From Squalus acanthias (Eukaryota): 64,000 nt of DNA. The translations under genes were made by a program, and so were the position numbers. Within the stretch, counting starts at the first letter, position 1; every line of letters begins with the position of its first letter. The notes beneath the pieces were generated by a model. The model made no database searches, was not told where the DNA came from, and saw only the letters and a program-made list of their open reading frames with translations. Shown here in pieces: positions 1 to 10,152 of this stretch. The stretch spans positions 84,012,001-84,076,000 of the forward strand of contig CM059432.1 of the NCBI GenBank assembly GCA_030390025.1, written 5' to 3'.

Positions 1-1881
1 TTGCAACTATAAAGTTTATGCAGATCCACACTTGCTAAGCACATGTTACTTTTCCTTATTCAATGCCTGCTCGTTACTGTGCAAACCTGCTTTGTAGATA
101 TAAATTCAAACTCTGATCTTAATGTTACGGAAAACAATTTTTTACAGATTCATGCAGAGACTTAACAGGTCCATATTTTATTAGTAAATAACAACAGTAT
201 GTAAACAGTACTGTACTTATTTTTCAAACTGTTCATTTAACTTTTGACTTTAACAAAATGATGACATTTAACTGAGTAATTATCAAGTTCAAAATCCAAA
301 AAATCACACCTTTTATAATTTCAATAAAGTTCAGACCTCATATAGAAATATATATATTTTTAATTTCCTTCTACTTTATTTGCATTTTCCATAAGTGAGG
401 TTGTTGCAGGAAAAGATGCCAAAATATTATAATATATCACAATATGTAAAACCACAACTGTAACAACCCACTTTTTATATTGTAATGTTCATGACAGAAT
501 GCATCATGATAACCATAAAAATCACATGAAAAGTAGACATTTAACATTTTTAAAGTTGCTTTCTTTCTTACCTAAATAGCTAATGACATGTTTTGGGATT
601 ACATAAACAATACTGTAAAGACAGAAACAGAAAATAAAGTAAATAAGTAATTTTTACATAATTGTAACATTATTATGAAGGAAATGCCATTTTACATTTT
701 TGAACAATTTTGAGTAGCCTTTTGTAAAGTATTTGATTGAAAACAAAATAAAACAAGAAACATAAATATTAGATATACAGAGGGCATTTGTGAAACATGG
801 CATGTTCAATGCTTGCATTTGTGATTTTTAATTATCATACCAACATCACAATATAGTGACAATTATATTTTTTTGGCAAATTTACCATCATAAAATTTTC
901 ACTCAAACCAATGGGCCAGTATTTTCTGTCAAAATAGCGATAAGGTTAATGGCGCTCATCATTATTTATGGATAAATGGTAGTACTGCAACTTCAGGCAA
1001 GGAGAAAATGTGTGGCTAAATATGAATATCCGAAAGTTGCTGTCCAAGTTGCACCGCTTTGACGTTAGCTTCACAAAAACGACATTTCGCCCTTAGCCTG
1101 CCTTTTGTTTTAGTGAGTTGCCATATTTGTCAAAATTAATTGCCCATTAAACTCGCCACAGAAAGTTAAGTCTTGTCACTGCAAGCATAAGTACCCTTTT
1201 AACAACGTGATAAGTGTTAATGACTCCCCAGTCAACCTCTCTGGCACCGAAAATTAACTATTACAAGTGTGGAGTCACATTCCTTCAGGTTTTGAATATT
1301 TTGGGGAGATTTAAAAAAATGTCAAATTTTAAATTTAACATTTTCTTTCTTACTTTTCCTTTCTGCCTCTTTTGTCTCCCGCTTTCTTAATCCAATCTTT
1401 CTTACCCTCTCTTTGGCCGGAATTTTTCGGGGCGTCAGCGAGGGCGTTTGTAGGCGGGTCAGCTGGGAAAATGTTTTTTTGACAGCGGGTAGGGAACCCA
1501 CTGTCAACCCGCCTCCACGCTAGTCTCCCAGATGTCGGGTCTGTCATTGCAGAACAGACCCGACACCAAGCGGCGGGGGAGGCAATTGACATCATTAGAT
1601 ACATTGTTAACAGCCAATTAAGTAATATTTTATGCCTATTTTTCAATTTTACGTGTTCTCCAATGGCTTCCCCGCTGCTCGGGGATCACGTCAGGTAAGG
1701 AGGTCAGGTGTTGTGTCAGCATGGGATGATTTCTTTATTTGGCAGCTGCAAATGGTCTATAAAAGCTCCCATTTCATAGGTCTTCAATTTGCAAGGTTAG
1801 AAGTTGTTACTGCATTTGGAAGACATATTGAGCTTTATGCAGCTTGCAAGTGGTTGGAGCTAACTCACTATCCAGTGTCAC

Positions 1882-2065
1882 TGGATATATATATCTATGA
1901 GTTAGATATATTTCTTAAAGCTAAAGGTATCAAGGGATATGGGGAGAAGGCAGGTACAGGGTACTGAGTTTGGATGATCAGCCATGATCTCATCGAATGG
2001 CGGAGCAGGCTCGAGGGGCCGAATGGCCTACTCCTGCTCCTATCTTCTATGTTTCTATGTTTCTA
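1882..2065 (+). mobile_element. 5'-truncated CR1 (HER1-type) LINE 3' end
   Basis: ORF2 C-terminus ELDIFLKAKGIKGYGEKAGTGY*, tail stem-loop and (TTTCTATG)n. TSD tgtcac at 1876-1881 and 2066-2071. Absent from the sister copy (empty site near 5200). Confidence 0.88.
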
Positions 2066-2863
2066 TGTCACCTCATTGGAACAACCTCTCTCACCATTGA
2101 CAGATCACTTCTGTCATCTCTACTTCACCTGCCATCTATTCCATCAGCATCGGTGCCCTTGAAAAAATCTCACCTTGGCCCTCAGAATCCCACCCCGATC
2201 AGCCCCAACACAAGCAGCACCAGGCACACCAGCAGCACCAACAACAACACCAACCTTCTCCACAATCAGCTGGTGATGCACAAGACACAGGGCATCAGCA
2301 CTTGACCACATTGCTGCCCGGGACGCCAGGGATCACCTCACCATAGCCAGATTTACTCACTTGACGCTGTACACCCTGGCTACCACATGGTGAGCCAGGT
2401 TGGCACCACCCCACACCAAAACTATAAAGCATTCCGACATTGACCAAGCCATTCCTTTCACACTCATCACCATTGCGGGGGGTACTGTTATGTCTCACCA
2501 TTCACTGCAACTCACTAAGCCACTTCCAAAGGTGCACACAAATCTGTCCAAGAACGCAAAGTGTTGAAAATAAAGGTTTCTATGTTTGACTCCACATTAA
2601 CAGAAATTTTCATGAACATTGCATAAAACACCTAAGTGCCTGTCCTTGTGTGCTGTTAGTTGGCATGATTGCACTAGGATGAGGGTGAGGGTGAGGGGTG
2701 GCTAGTGAGATGGGGATGTGATAATGTAGATAGAGAGGGATGGGTGGAGGTGCAAGGTATGTTGCTGTAAGGATGTGCAGGAGTAGGGTAGAGAAGGCAG
2801 AGTGATGGGGATGTGATGAGTGGCACAGCAGGATGAGGTTGAGTGTGGCTTTGCAGTAACGTT

Positions 2864-3050
2864 TCATGATCTACTGAGATCATTGAAAGGTTTGCGCCAC
2901 TGCAGCCTAGTCCTCCTGACGACATCCCTGCTTGTGCCCTCCTGTGCAATGTGCAACCAGGCTGCGTTGGTGTCCTGGGGAGGTCTCTTCCTCCCATGGG
3001 AAGGGAAGAGGACCTCCCTGCATGCTGTGACTCTCTCCATAAGCATATGG
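2864..3050 (-). pseudogene. Harbinger Myb/SANT-like DNA-binding protein, exon-1 remnant
   Basis: REVLFPSHGRKRPPQDTNAAWLHIAQEGTSRDVVRRTRLQWRKPFNDL aligns by eye with 51172-51414 (RKVLFPADRRKRPPKVTKRVWLEIAKEVSSRDVVRRTWIQCRK). Confidence 0.75.
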
Positions 3051-4060
3051 AAGGAGTCATGAGAGAGCCTGGATGCAGCCGCGCACTTCTGTGCAGTGCT
3101 TGTCAGTGTTTGCACCACCTCAATGCTGCAGAACACTGACAGCAGAACTGTCAAAAACAATTTGCACATGGTCCCTTTAAGGAAACCGGCTGATGACGCG
3201 TCATCAAGTGATGTCATCAGACTCGCTTCCTTCAATTGGCCAGCAAACGCGATGGGCAGGCTTAACAAGCCCAATCTGCATAAAATTCTTTTCACAGAGC
3301 GGGATGGAGCCAGCAGCGGGGTTGCACCCCGCCACCGACCCCAGCCGCCCTGGACCCGCCTCGGAAGGCAAAATCGCTGCCTTTATTTCTCTTCCTGTGG
3401 CTGATTAAACATTGAATTCACCCCCTTTAATCTATCCTCCTTCTCGGGTCTTCCTGTGTTTATTTCCTAATCCTTAAATCTCAATGATTTAAGGATTGCT
3501 CAGTTCACTCAGGTCCCAGATGCCCTGTTTCCCTTGCTGCGCCATTATCAGATCGCACTTTCAGCAACTTTGTGAGTAAAACCTTTTTGAGCTGAAAGGT
3601 GCAGGGGCAAATCTAACTAATAGCAGATGCCATCAGATGCTCTGCTGCAGCAAATCCTGGCCCTGTGTGGTGGGTGTGTGGTCGGGGGGGGGGGGGGGGG
3701 CGGGGGGCGGTGGGCAGGGGGCGCAGTGGAACTCTTTTACAAATGAAGCTTAGTTTTAAAAATGTGTATTAAACTTCAAGACCAGTGCTTCAGCTAATTC
3801 AAAATAAATAGGTAAAATGGTTCCTTTATCTATGTTTTAGAAAGGAAATCAAAATAATTGCTATTTCCACCTCATGAGAAGCATTATAAATCAAAAATAT
3901 TCACAGTAATTCAATTAATTAGAACATTTGTTCCTTTATTCTTTTCTTTAAATTAGTTTTTCTTACTGTGGGTCAGTATAACTGTCTCTGTTGATGGGAC
4001 ATTATTCCAATCATTTTTTATTTTTGTGTGGGTGATGCGGGCAAGGCTGCATTTATTTTT

Positions 4061-4206
4061 GAACGATAAGGGAGTCAAGGCTTATGGGGATCGGGCAGGA
4101 AAGTGAAGTTGAGGCCAAGACCAGATCAGCCATGATCTTATTGAATGGCGGAGCAGGCTCGAAGGGCCAAATGGCCTACTCCTGCTCCTATTTCTTATGT
4201 TCTTAT
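4061..4206 (+). mobile_element. CR1 (HER1-type) 3' tail inserted into the reverse-strand tail of a second LINE family (~4020-4265)
   Basis: Canonical tail plus ttcttatgttctt. The flanks gcaaggctgcatttatt and acccatttctagttgccctgagatggtggtg match the family-B tail seen at 20190-20260. Confidence 0.75.
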
Positions 4207-4754
4207 TACCCATTTCTAGTTGCCCTGAGATGGTGGTGGTGGGCCTTTATAAAATGCTGCAGTCATTACATGCCTGAAAACTGAAAATGAGTAAAACTGA
4301 AAATCATAAAACATTAACAATATCCATTCTTCTTAATAAAATAATTTTGGCTGTATGTCCCTAAGTAAATCATCTTTGAACATACTACATATTTTATCAT
4401 ATTCACAGCCCAAATTACACACTTTCTGTATCATGTGTTAAGACCTTTTTTTAATAAGCTAAAACATTTACAGGTATAAGAAATAACAATATGAAACAGT
4501 TTATATTTCAGATTATCTTCCATTACAGTCAAAGGAATATTCCAGATAAGGTCCTACATTAGCTTTATCCTTGAGTATTTATATAAAATGTATCACCCAT
4601 ATCTATAAAAAAAAACACAAAAGTGTTTTAAATTAAATTTTATATTTTTCACTAAAAGTTGAGAACTAAATGGTTTACTGTGATAGTAAAAAAAGGTCAT
4701 TTTAAAACTCACTAAGGGACATAGTTTTATCTTTTGTTCAAAAGACATAGTGCT

Positions 4755-6200
4755 GAGGGGGCGGGTTTGGAGGCAGACCTGCTTTCAAAATAGTAAAGAT
4801 TGACAGCGGGTAGGAAACCCGCTGTCAACCGCCTCTACGCGAGTCTCCCAGGTGTTGGGTCTGTCAGCAGAGAACTGACCTGACACCAAGCAGTGGGGGA
4901 GACAATTGAGCTTGTTAAATGGCTTGTTAAGAGCCAATTTAAGACTATTTTGAGGCTTACTTCTAATTTTATGTTCTCCCCCACGGGTTACCCACTGTTC
5001 GGGGAACACGCCAGCTCAACCTGGCATGTTTTGAGTCTGCTCTGATGTTTCTGAAAAGCTAACAGCTGCAGAAGTGGTGTCAAGGATGCCATGTTGCAGA
5101 TGGTCAGTTTCAGAGCGCAGAAAATGTTGGTTACTGCATTTTTAATACATATAGAGATTTCTTTAGCTTACAAGCTTTTAGATCCAACTGTATGTCCAGT
5201 GCCACCTCATTGGGAGAACCTCTCTCACCATTGACAGATTGCTTCTGTCATCTCACCTGCAGCTGCCATCTATTGCAGCAACATCGGAGCCATTGAAACA
5301 ATCAGACCTTGGTCCTCCGAATCCTTCCACGACCAGCCCCAACACCAACATCACCAACAACATCACCAACCTTCTCCGCCATCACCTGATGCTGCACTGG
5401 ACACAGGGCATCAGCCCTTGACAACATTGCTGCCCAGGAGGCCAGCGATGGCATCACCATGGCCAGATTTTCTTCACTTGACGCTGTAAACCCTGGCTGC
5501 CACATGATGCGCCAGGTTGACACCATCCCACACCAGCACCGTGAAGCATCCCCTTAATGTCCAAGCCATTCCATGCACACACATCACTATAGCGGGGTGG
5601 GGCGGGGGGGGGGGGGGGGGGGGTGGGTGGGGCGGGCATGGGGGAAAGTTATGTCTGAACAATCACTGGAACTCAGTAAGACACTTCTCATGGTGCGCTC
5701 AGATCTGTCCAATAAGGGGCAGTTTTGGAAAAAGAGATTTCACTGTATGACAACACATTACCAGAAACTTCACATGGACATTGGTTAGACCTCTCAAGTG
5801 CCTACCCTTGTGTGTTGTTAGTTGGTATGTTTGCTGTAGGATGAGGGTGAGTGTGAGAGGTGGCTAGTGAGATGGGGAAGTGATAAAGTAGATAGAGAGG
5901 GTTGGGTGGAGGTGCACGGTAAGTTGGTGTCCAGAGGAAGTCTCTTCCACCCTTGGAAGGGAAGAGAACCTCCCTGTGTCCTGTGACTCCCTCCATAAGC
6001 ATATGGAGGGAGTCATTGGAGAGCCTGGGTGCAAGTGTTCATCTTTGTGCAGTGATTGTCAGTGTTTGCAGCACCTCAATGCTGTGAAATACTGACAGAA
6101 CAACTGTCAAACTCCATGTGGACGTCGTCCCTTTAAGGAAACCGGCTGCACCCACTTCCTATTAATTGGCCGGTAAGCCTGCAGGATTAAAAAGCCAACC
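4755..6200. mobile_element. Second, truncated copy of the deleted Harbinger derivative at 1415-3381
   Basis: Colinear similarity to 1470-3260 (ttgacagcgggtagg..acccgctgtcaacc; tctctcaccattgacagat; Myb remnant REVLFPS). Confidence 0.72.
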
Positions 6201-7036
6201 AATCATAATGCATCCAATATAATATTCACTTCGCACTTTTCAAGTAGTTAAATCAGAATGTAACAAACACAAATGGCGATTATTTCATTCAACCAGCAGT
6301 GTAGTTTACAAAGCTTAGATAAAATGCCCAAATAAAAATGTTGTAAAACTCATTTGACAGGTCCTGTTAGATAACCTGACTAAAATATGTGGTGCCTCAA
6401 CCCAACTATCAGTGACAGTCGTAACTCAAACTTACTCCTCTTGGAAGCCCAAGTCAACATGATTCCCACTGATGGCTCACACATGATTAACCTGTAGCTG
6501 ACAAGTCCATCACAAGTTCGTTCACTTGAGATTGTGAACTGTTTACAATTGATAAGTTAACAACTCTTAGTATGGATACAAATGAGTATATTTTACAAAT
6601 TTGTGCACATAGCATCACTTGCCAGAATTGCATATTGGAAATTTGAGCATGGAGTTCAGTGGGCCCCACAGGAATAATGGATGGAAAATGGTTGAGGCCA
6701 GCTGACCTCTGTGTCCGAATTCCCGATATGCACTTCTAACAGGCAAAGCTCTACAGTGGGATCGCATATTCATAAAACATTCCCTATATCAATTAGTCAG
6801 CCACAAGTTCATTCATTTCAGTAAGTATTTTATTTATTTAATTCATTAAAAAAACACAACATTATGATCCATATATGTCCATTTTATTCAGATTGAGAGT
6901 GGCTGACTTTCCACTGTTAATGAATTTGAATGTGTATTTATTTATTTCATTCATATTGTCAAAACAACTGGCAGTTATACCTTCAATTTAAATGTTTCCA
7001 TTTTTCTATTAAAAATTGCTGGTATGTCAACTATAA

Positions 7037-8154
7037 ATGTGTCACCCAGCAAAAACATGGTGCTAACTGGCAGGAAGGAGCCCTCAGCAGCGTTACTTAA
7101 AGGGATCATGCAGAAGTTACAGGTTAGTTCCTGGTTTGTTATTGCAGGCTGCTAGTTTGGTGTGTTTTATCACTCTTGAAAGTTCACTTTGTCTGTACAG
7201 ATTGAATTATTGGCCAGTGCCCACTTACTAGTCTTGCTTACCTATTTACTCAACCAATTTTTAATTCCACTTTACACCACAGGAAAAGATAGCTCATCAT
7301 TTTTTCTGTGCTTCTCCCCCAATTTTCAACCTCATCCCCCAGGTGCAAGCTCATGCTAAGCTATGATTCCACAGGTGGCTACCACCCTCCAGGACCACAT
7401 ACAAGTAACCATTCTTCATAGGTGAGACTAGACAATGAGAGTCAGATGATTATTTGGTTGTGGAGTCCATTACAAGGGAGACCAATCTTGTTCTCACTGA
7501 TAATACATTTGCACATTCCAGCCGGGGTTACTGCATAGCAGACTGGAGTGGGAACCCTGGCTGATGTTTTCCATTCTCTAGCCCAGAGGTGTATTGTAGC
7601 ACCCCAGCTGCTGCCCAGCTGAAATCAGCCAATTGAGCACAAATTGGAGATTAGTCTGTTTAACTCAGAACTACAGTGGGTGGTGCCTTTAACCACAAGG
7701 TCAGTGAGGGAGATTGTGGCTGAATGTGTATTTTCACATGCATGACTAGTTGTAATACATACTGGGGGAAGGGGTCATTGTTTATCCCACAACTGAGCTT
7801 CGTTTACAGTTCTACTATATTTGGCATGTTTCCACAAATTTCTTAACCCTTGAAACCCACCTGCTCTTTTTTTGAATAATTCCATGGTTCAGTCTATTCC
7901 CTCAAGCGAAATTTTCTCTCCTATTGCTTTGGGATTCCATCATGTTCAAGCCACTTGGTCTCCCTGCCTAAGTTCTTGCAATTAAATCACAGTGCAGCTT
8001 TACGTCCTGACTGCACGCTTCACTGTCTTGCTGAGACCACCATTGTGAGCCTTACCATGATATGGTACCTGTAAGTTCTGCATGATCCCTTTAAGTAGCG
8101 CTGGTGAGGGCTCCTTCCTGCCAGTTAGCACCATGTTTTTGCTGGGTGATACAT
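7037..8154. repeat. Inverted repeat pair, ~88 bp (7037-7124 and 8067-8154)
   Basis: The reverse complement of 8067-8154 matches 7037-7124 with about 4 mismatches. Confidence 0.92.
7290..7715 (-). mobile_element. Possible ancient tRNA-derived SINE remnant
   Basis: Degenerate tRNA-head-like sequence at the right end (reverse: tgaccttgtggttaaaggcacc). The body resembles my recollection of a chondrichthyan SINE; not verified. Confidence 0.3.
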
Positions 8155-8161
8155 GATATGG

Positions 8162-8739
8162 AGGCCCAGTGTCGGGAGCAGCCGGTGAGTATTTATACTC
8201 AGTTTCGCGGGTTTTTTCATAGGCCCAGTGTCGGGAGCAGCAGGTGAGTATTTATACTCAGTTTTGCGGGTTTTTTCATAGGCCCAGTGTCGGGAGCAGC
8301 CGGTGAGTATTTAGTTTCCTGGGTTTTTTCAGAGGCCCAGCGTCGGGAGCAGCAGGTGAGTATTTATACTCAGTTTTGCGGGTTTTTTCATAGGCCCAGT
8401 GTCGGGAGCAGCAGGTGAGTATTTATACTCAGTTTTGCGGGTTTTTTCATAGGCCCAGTGTCGGGAGCAGCCGGTGAGTATTTAGTTTCCTGGGTTTTTT
8501 CAGAGGCCCAGCGTCGGGAGCAGCCGGTGAGTATTTATACTCAGTTTCGCGGGTTTTTTCAGAGGCCCAGCGTCGGGAGCAGCAGGTGAGTATTTATACT
8601 CAGTTTTGCGAGTTTTTTCAGAGGCCCAGTGTCGGGAGCAGCCGGTGAGTATTAATACTCAGTTTCGCGGGTTTTTTCAGAGGCCCAGTGTCGGGAGCAG
8701 CAGGTGAGTATTTATACTCAGTTTTGCGAGTTTTTTCAG
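8162..8739 (+). repeat. Tandem array of 10 monomers (8 x 59 bp, 2 x 53 bp) forming the LINE 5'UTR
   Basis: Unit aggcccagtgtcgggagcagc(a/c)ggtgagtatttatactcagttt(c/t)gcgggttttttca(t/g). Units 3 and 6 share the same 6-bp deletion. Confidence 0.95.
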
Positions 8740-9062
8740 AGGCTTACCAATCTCACAGACCGGCGGCGGCGTTCCAGAGCCACGTCACGATTCAAAAAGT
8801 AACGCGGGCAAGAGGAAGCAGCTGATTGGGTGAGTACGGCTAGGTGAATATTTATACTACTCTATAATTTGACAGTTAAGGTTAATAGTGTATAAGGTTT
8901 AGAAGGTCTTAATTTTGTGTTTTATAGTTTCTAAGGTCTCTGTTGTGTAGCGGGGAGTGCTAGTAAACAAGGGCCCTTGAGTAATTGATATCATTTAATT
9001 GTAGTGTAATTAGTGGTCTTTGATTTGATGTAATTTAATTTAAGTTAATTAAAGGGTAAGTC

Positions 9063-9959
9063 ATGGCATCACAGCTCGGCCCCGTGGCATGCTCCTCCTG
9101 CGCTATGTGGGAAATCAGGGATACTTCCTGTGTCCCTGACGACCATGTGTGCGGGAAGTGTATCCAGATACAGCTACTGGCAGACCGCATTGCAGCGCTG
9201 GAGCTGTGAATGGATATACACTGGAGCATCCGCAAAGCTGAGGACGTCGTGGATAGCATGTTTAGTGAGTTGGTCATACCGCAGGTAAAGGCTGCATAGG
9301 CAGGAAGGGAATGGGTGACCGTCAGGCAGAGTAGTAGGCGCAGGCAGGTAGTGCAGGAGTCCCCTGTGGACATCCCCCTCTCAAACAGATATACCGCTTT
9401 GGATATTGTTGGGGGGGGATGGCTTATCGGGGGAAGGCAGCAGCAGCCAAGTTCATGGCACTGTGGGTGGCTCTGCTGCACAGGACGGGAGGAAAAAGAG
9501 CAGGAGAGCTATAGTGATAGAGGATTCTATTGTAAGGGGAATAGACAGGCGTTTCTGCGGCCGCAAACGAGACTCCAGGATGGTATGTTGCCTCCCTGGT
9601 GCAAGGGTCAAAGATGTCTCGGAGCGGCTGCAGGGCATTCTGGAGGGGGAGGGTGAACAGCCTGTCGTGGTGCATATAGGTACCAACGATATAGGTAAAA
9701 AATGGGATGAGGTCCTAAAAGCTGAATATAGGGAGTTAGGAGGTAAATTAAAAAATAGGACCTCAAAGGTAGTAAGCTCAGGATTGCCACCAGTGCCACG
9801 TGCTAGTCAGAGTAGAAATAGCAGGATATTTCAGATGAATACGTGGCTAGAGGAATGGTGCATGGGGGAGGGATTCAGATTCCTGGGACATTGGAACCGG
9901 TTCTGGGGGAGGTGGGACCAGTACAAACTGGACGGTTTGCACCTGGGCAGGACCGGGAC
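9063..9959 (+). pseudogene. CR1 ORF1 (CxxC..CxxC zinc finger/leucine zipper plus SGNH-type esterase), disrupted; last codons at 13622-13654
   Basis: ATG at 9063: MASQLGPVACSSCAMWEIRDTSCVPDDHVCGKC. Esterase blocks IVIEDSIVRG, PGARV, VVVHIGTND and DGLHL. In-frame stops and a frameshift. Confidence 0.88.
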
Positions 9960-10152
9960 ATAAGAACATAAGAAATAGGAGCAGGAGTAGGCCAATCGGC
10001 CCCTCGAGCCTGCTCCGCCATTCAATAAGATCATGGCTGATCTGATCCTAACCTCAAATCTAAAGAACACAAGAAGTAGGAGCAGGACCCGGCCACTCAG
10101 CCCCTGGGCCCGCTTCACCACCCACAGGGCCTTGACCGATCCGAACTCAGCC

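Larger units (their letters stand above)
1415..3381. mobile_element. Internally deleted PIF/Harbinger element
   Basis: Imperfect TIRs (ggccggaatttt / aaaatcgctgcc) and a 3-bp TSD TTT (1412-1414, 3382-3384). Contains a Myb/SANT-like exon remnant on - and a segment at 2130-2330 homologous to the transposase 5' end of the element at 50882-55040. Confidence 0.7.
913..3663. mobile_element. Old non-autonomous DNA transposon (MITE-like, probably Harbinger-type), split by a younger Harbinger derivative
   Basis: Terminal inverted repeats gggccagtatttt (913) and caaatcctggccc (ending 3663). The interior reads continuously across the 1415-3381 insert (ccctctc-ttt-atttctc). No matching TSD. Confidence 0.5.

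Noticed and set aside
3668..5645. G-runs at ~3683-3722 and ~5593-5645 as functional G-quadruplexes or poly-Pro/Gly ORFs
   Set aside because: Simple homopolymer expansions in or beside repeats; lengths are error-prone and nothing supports function.
7037..8154. MITE with 88-bp TIRs
   Set aside because: No TSD outside the pair. The arm resembles an internal Harbinger segment (compare 18077-18122 and 40420-40463), and the direct repeat brackets only the right arm.
8162..8739. CRISPR-like array
   Set aside because: There are no unique spacers (whole units repeat), no cas genes, and the context is a eukaryotic LINE 5'UTR.
9406..9963. Cellular GDSL/SGNH lipase gene
   Set aside because: It is the esterase domain of CR1 ORF1, lying between the UTR array and ORF2.
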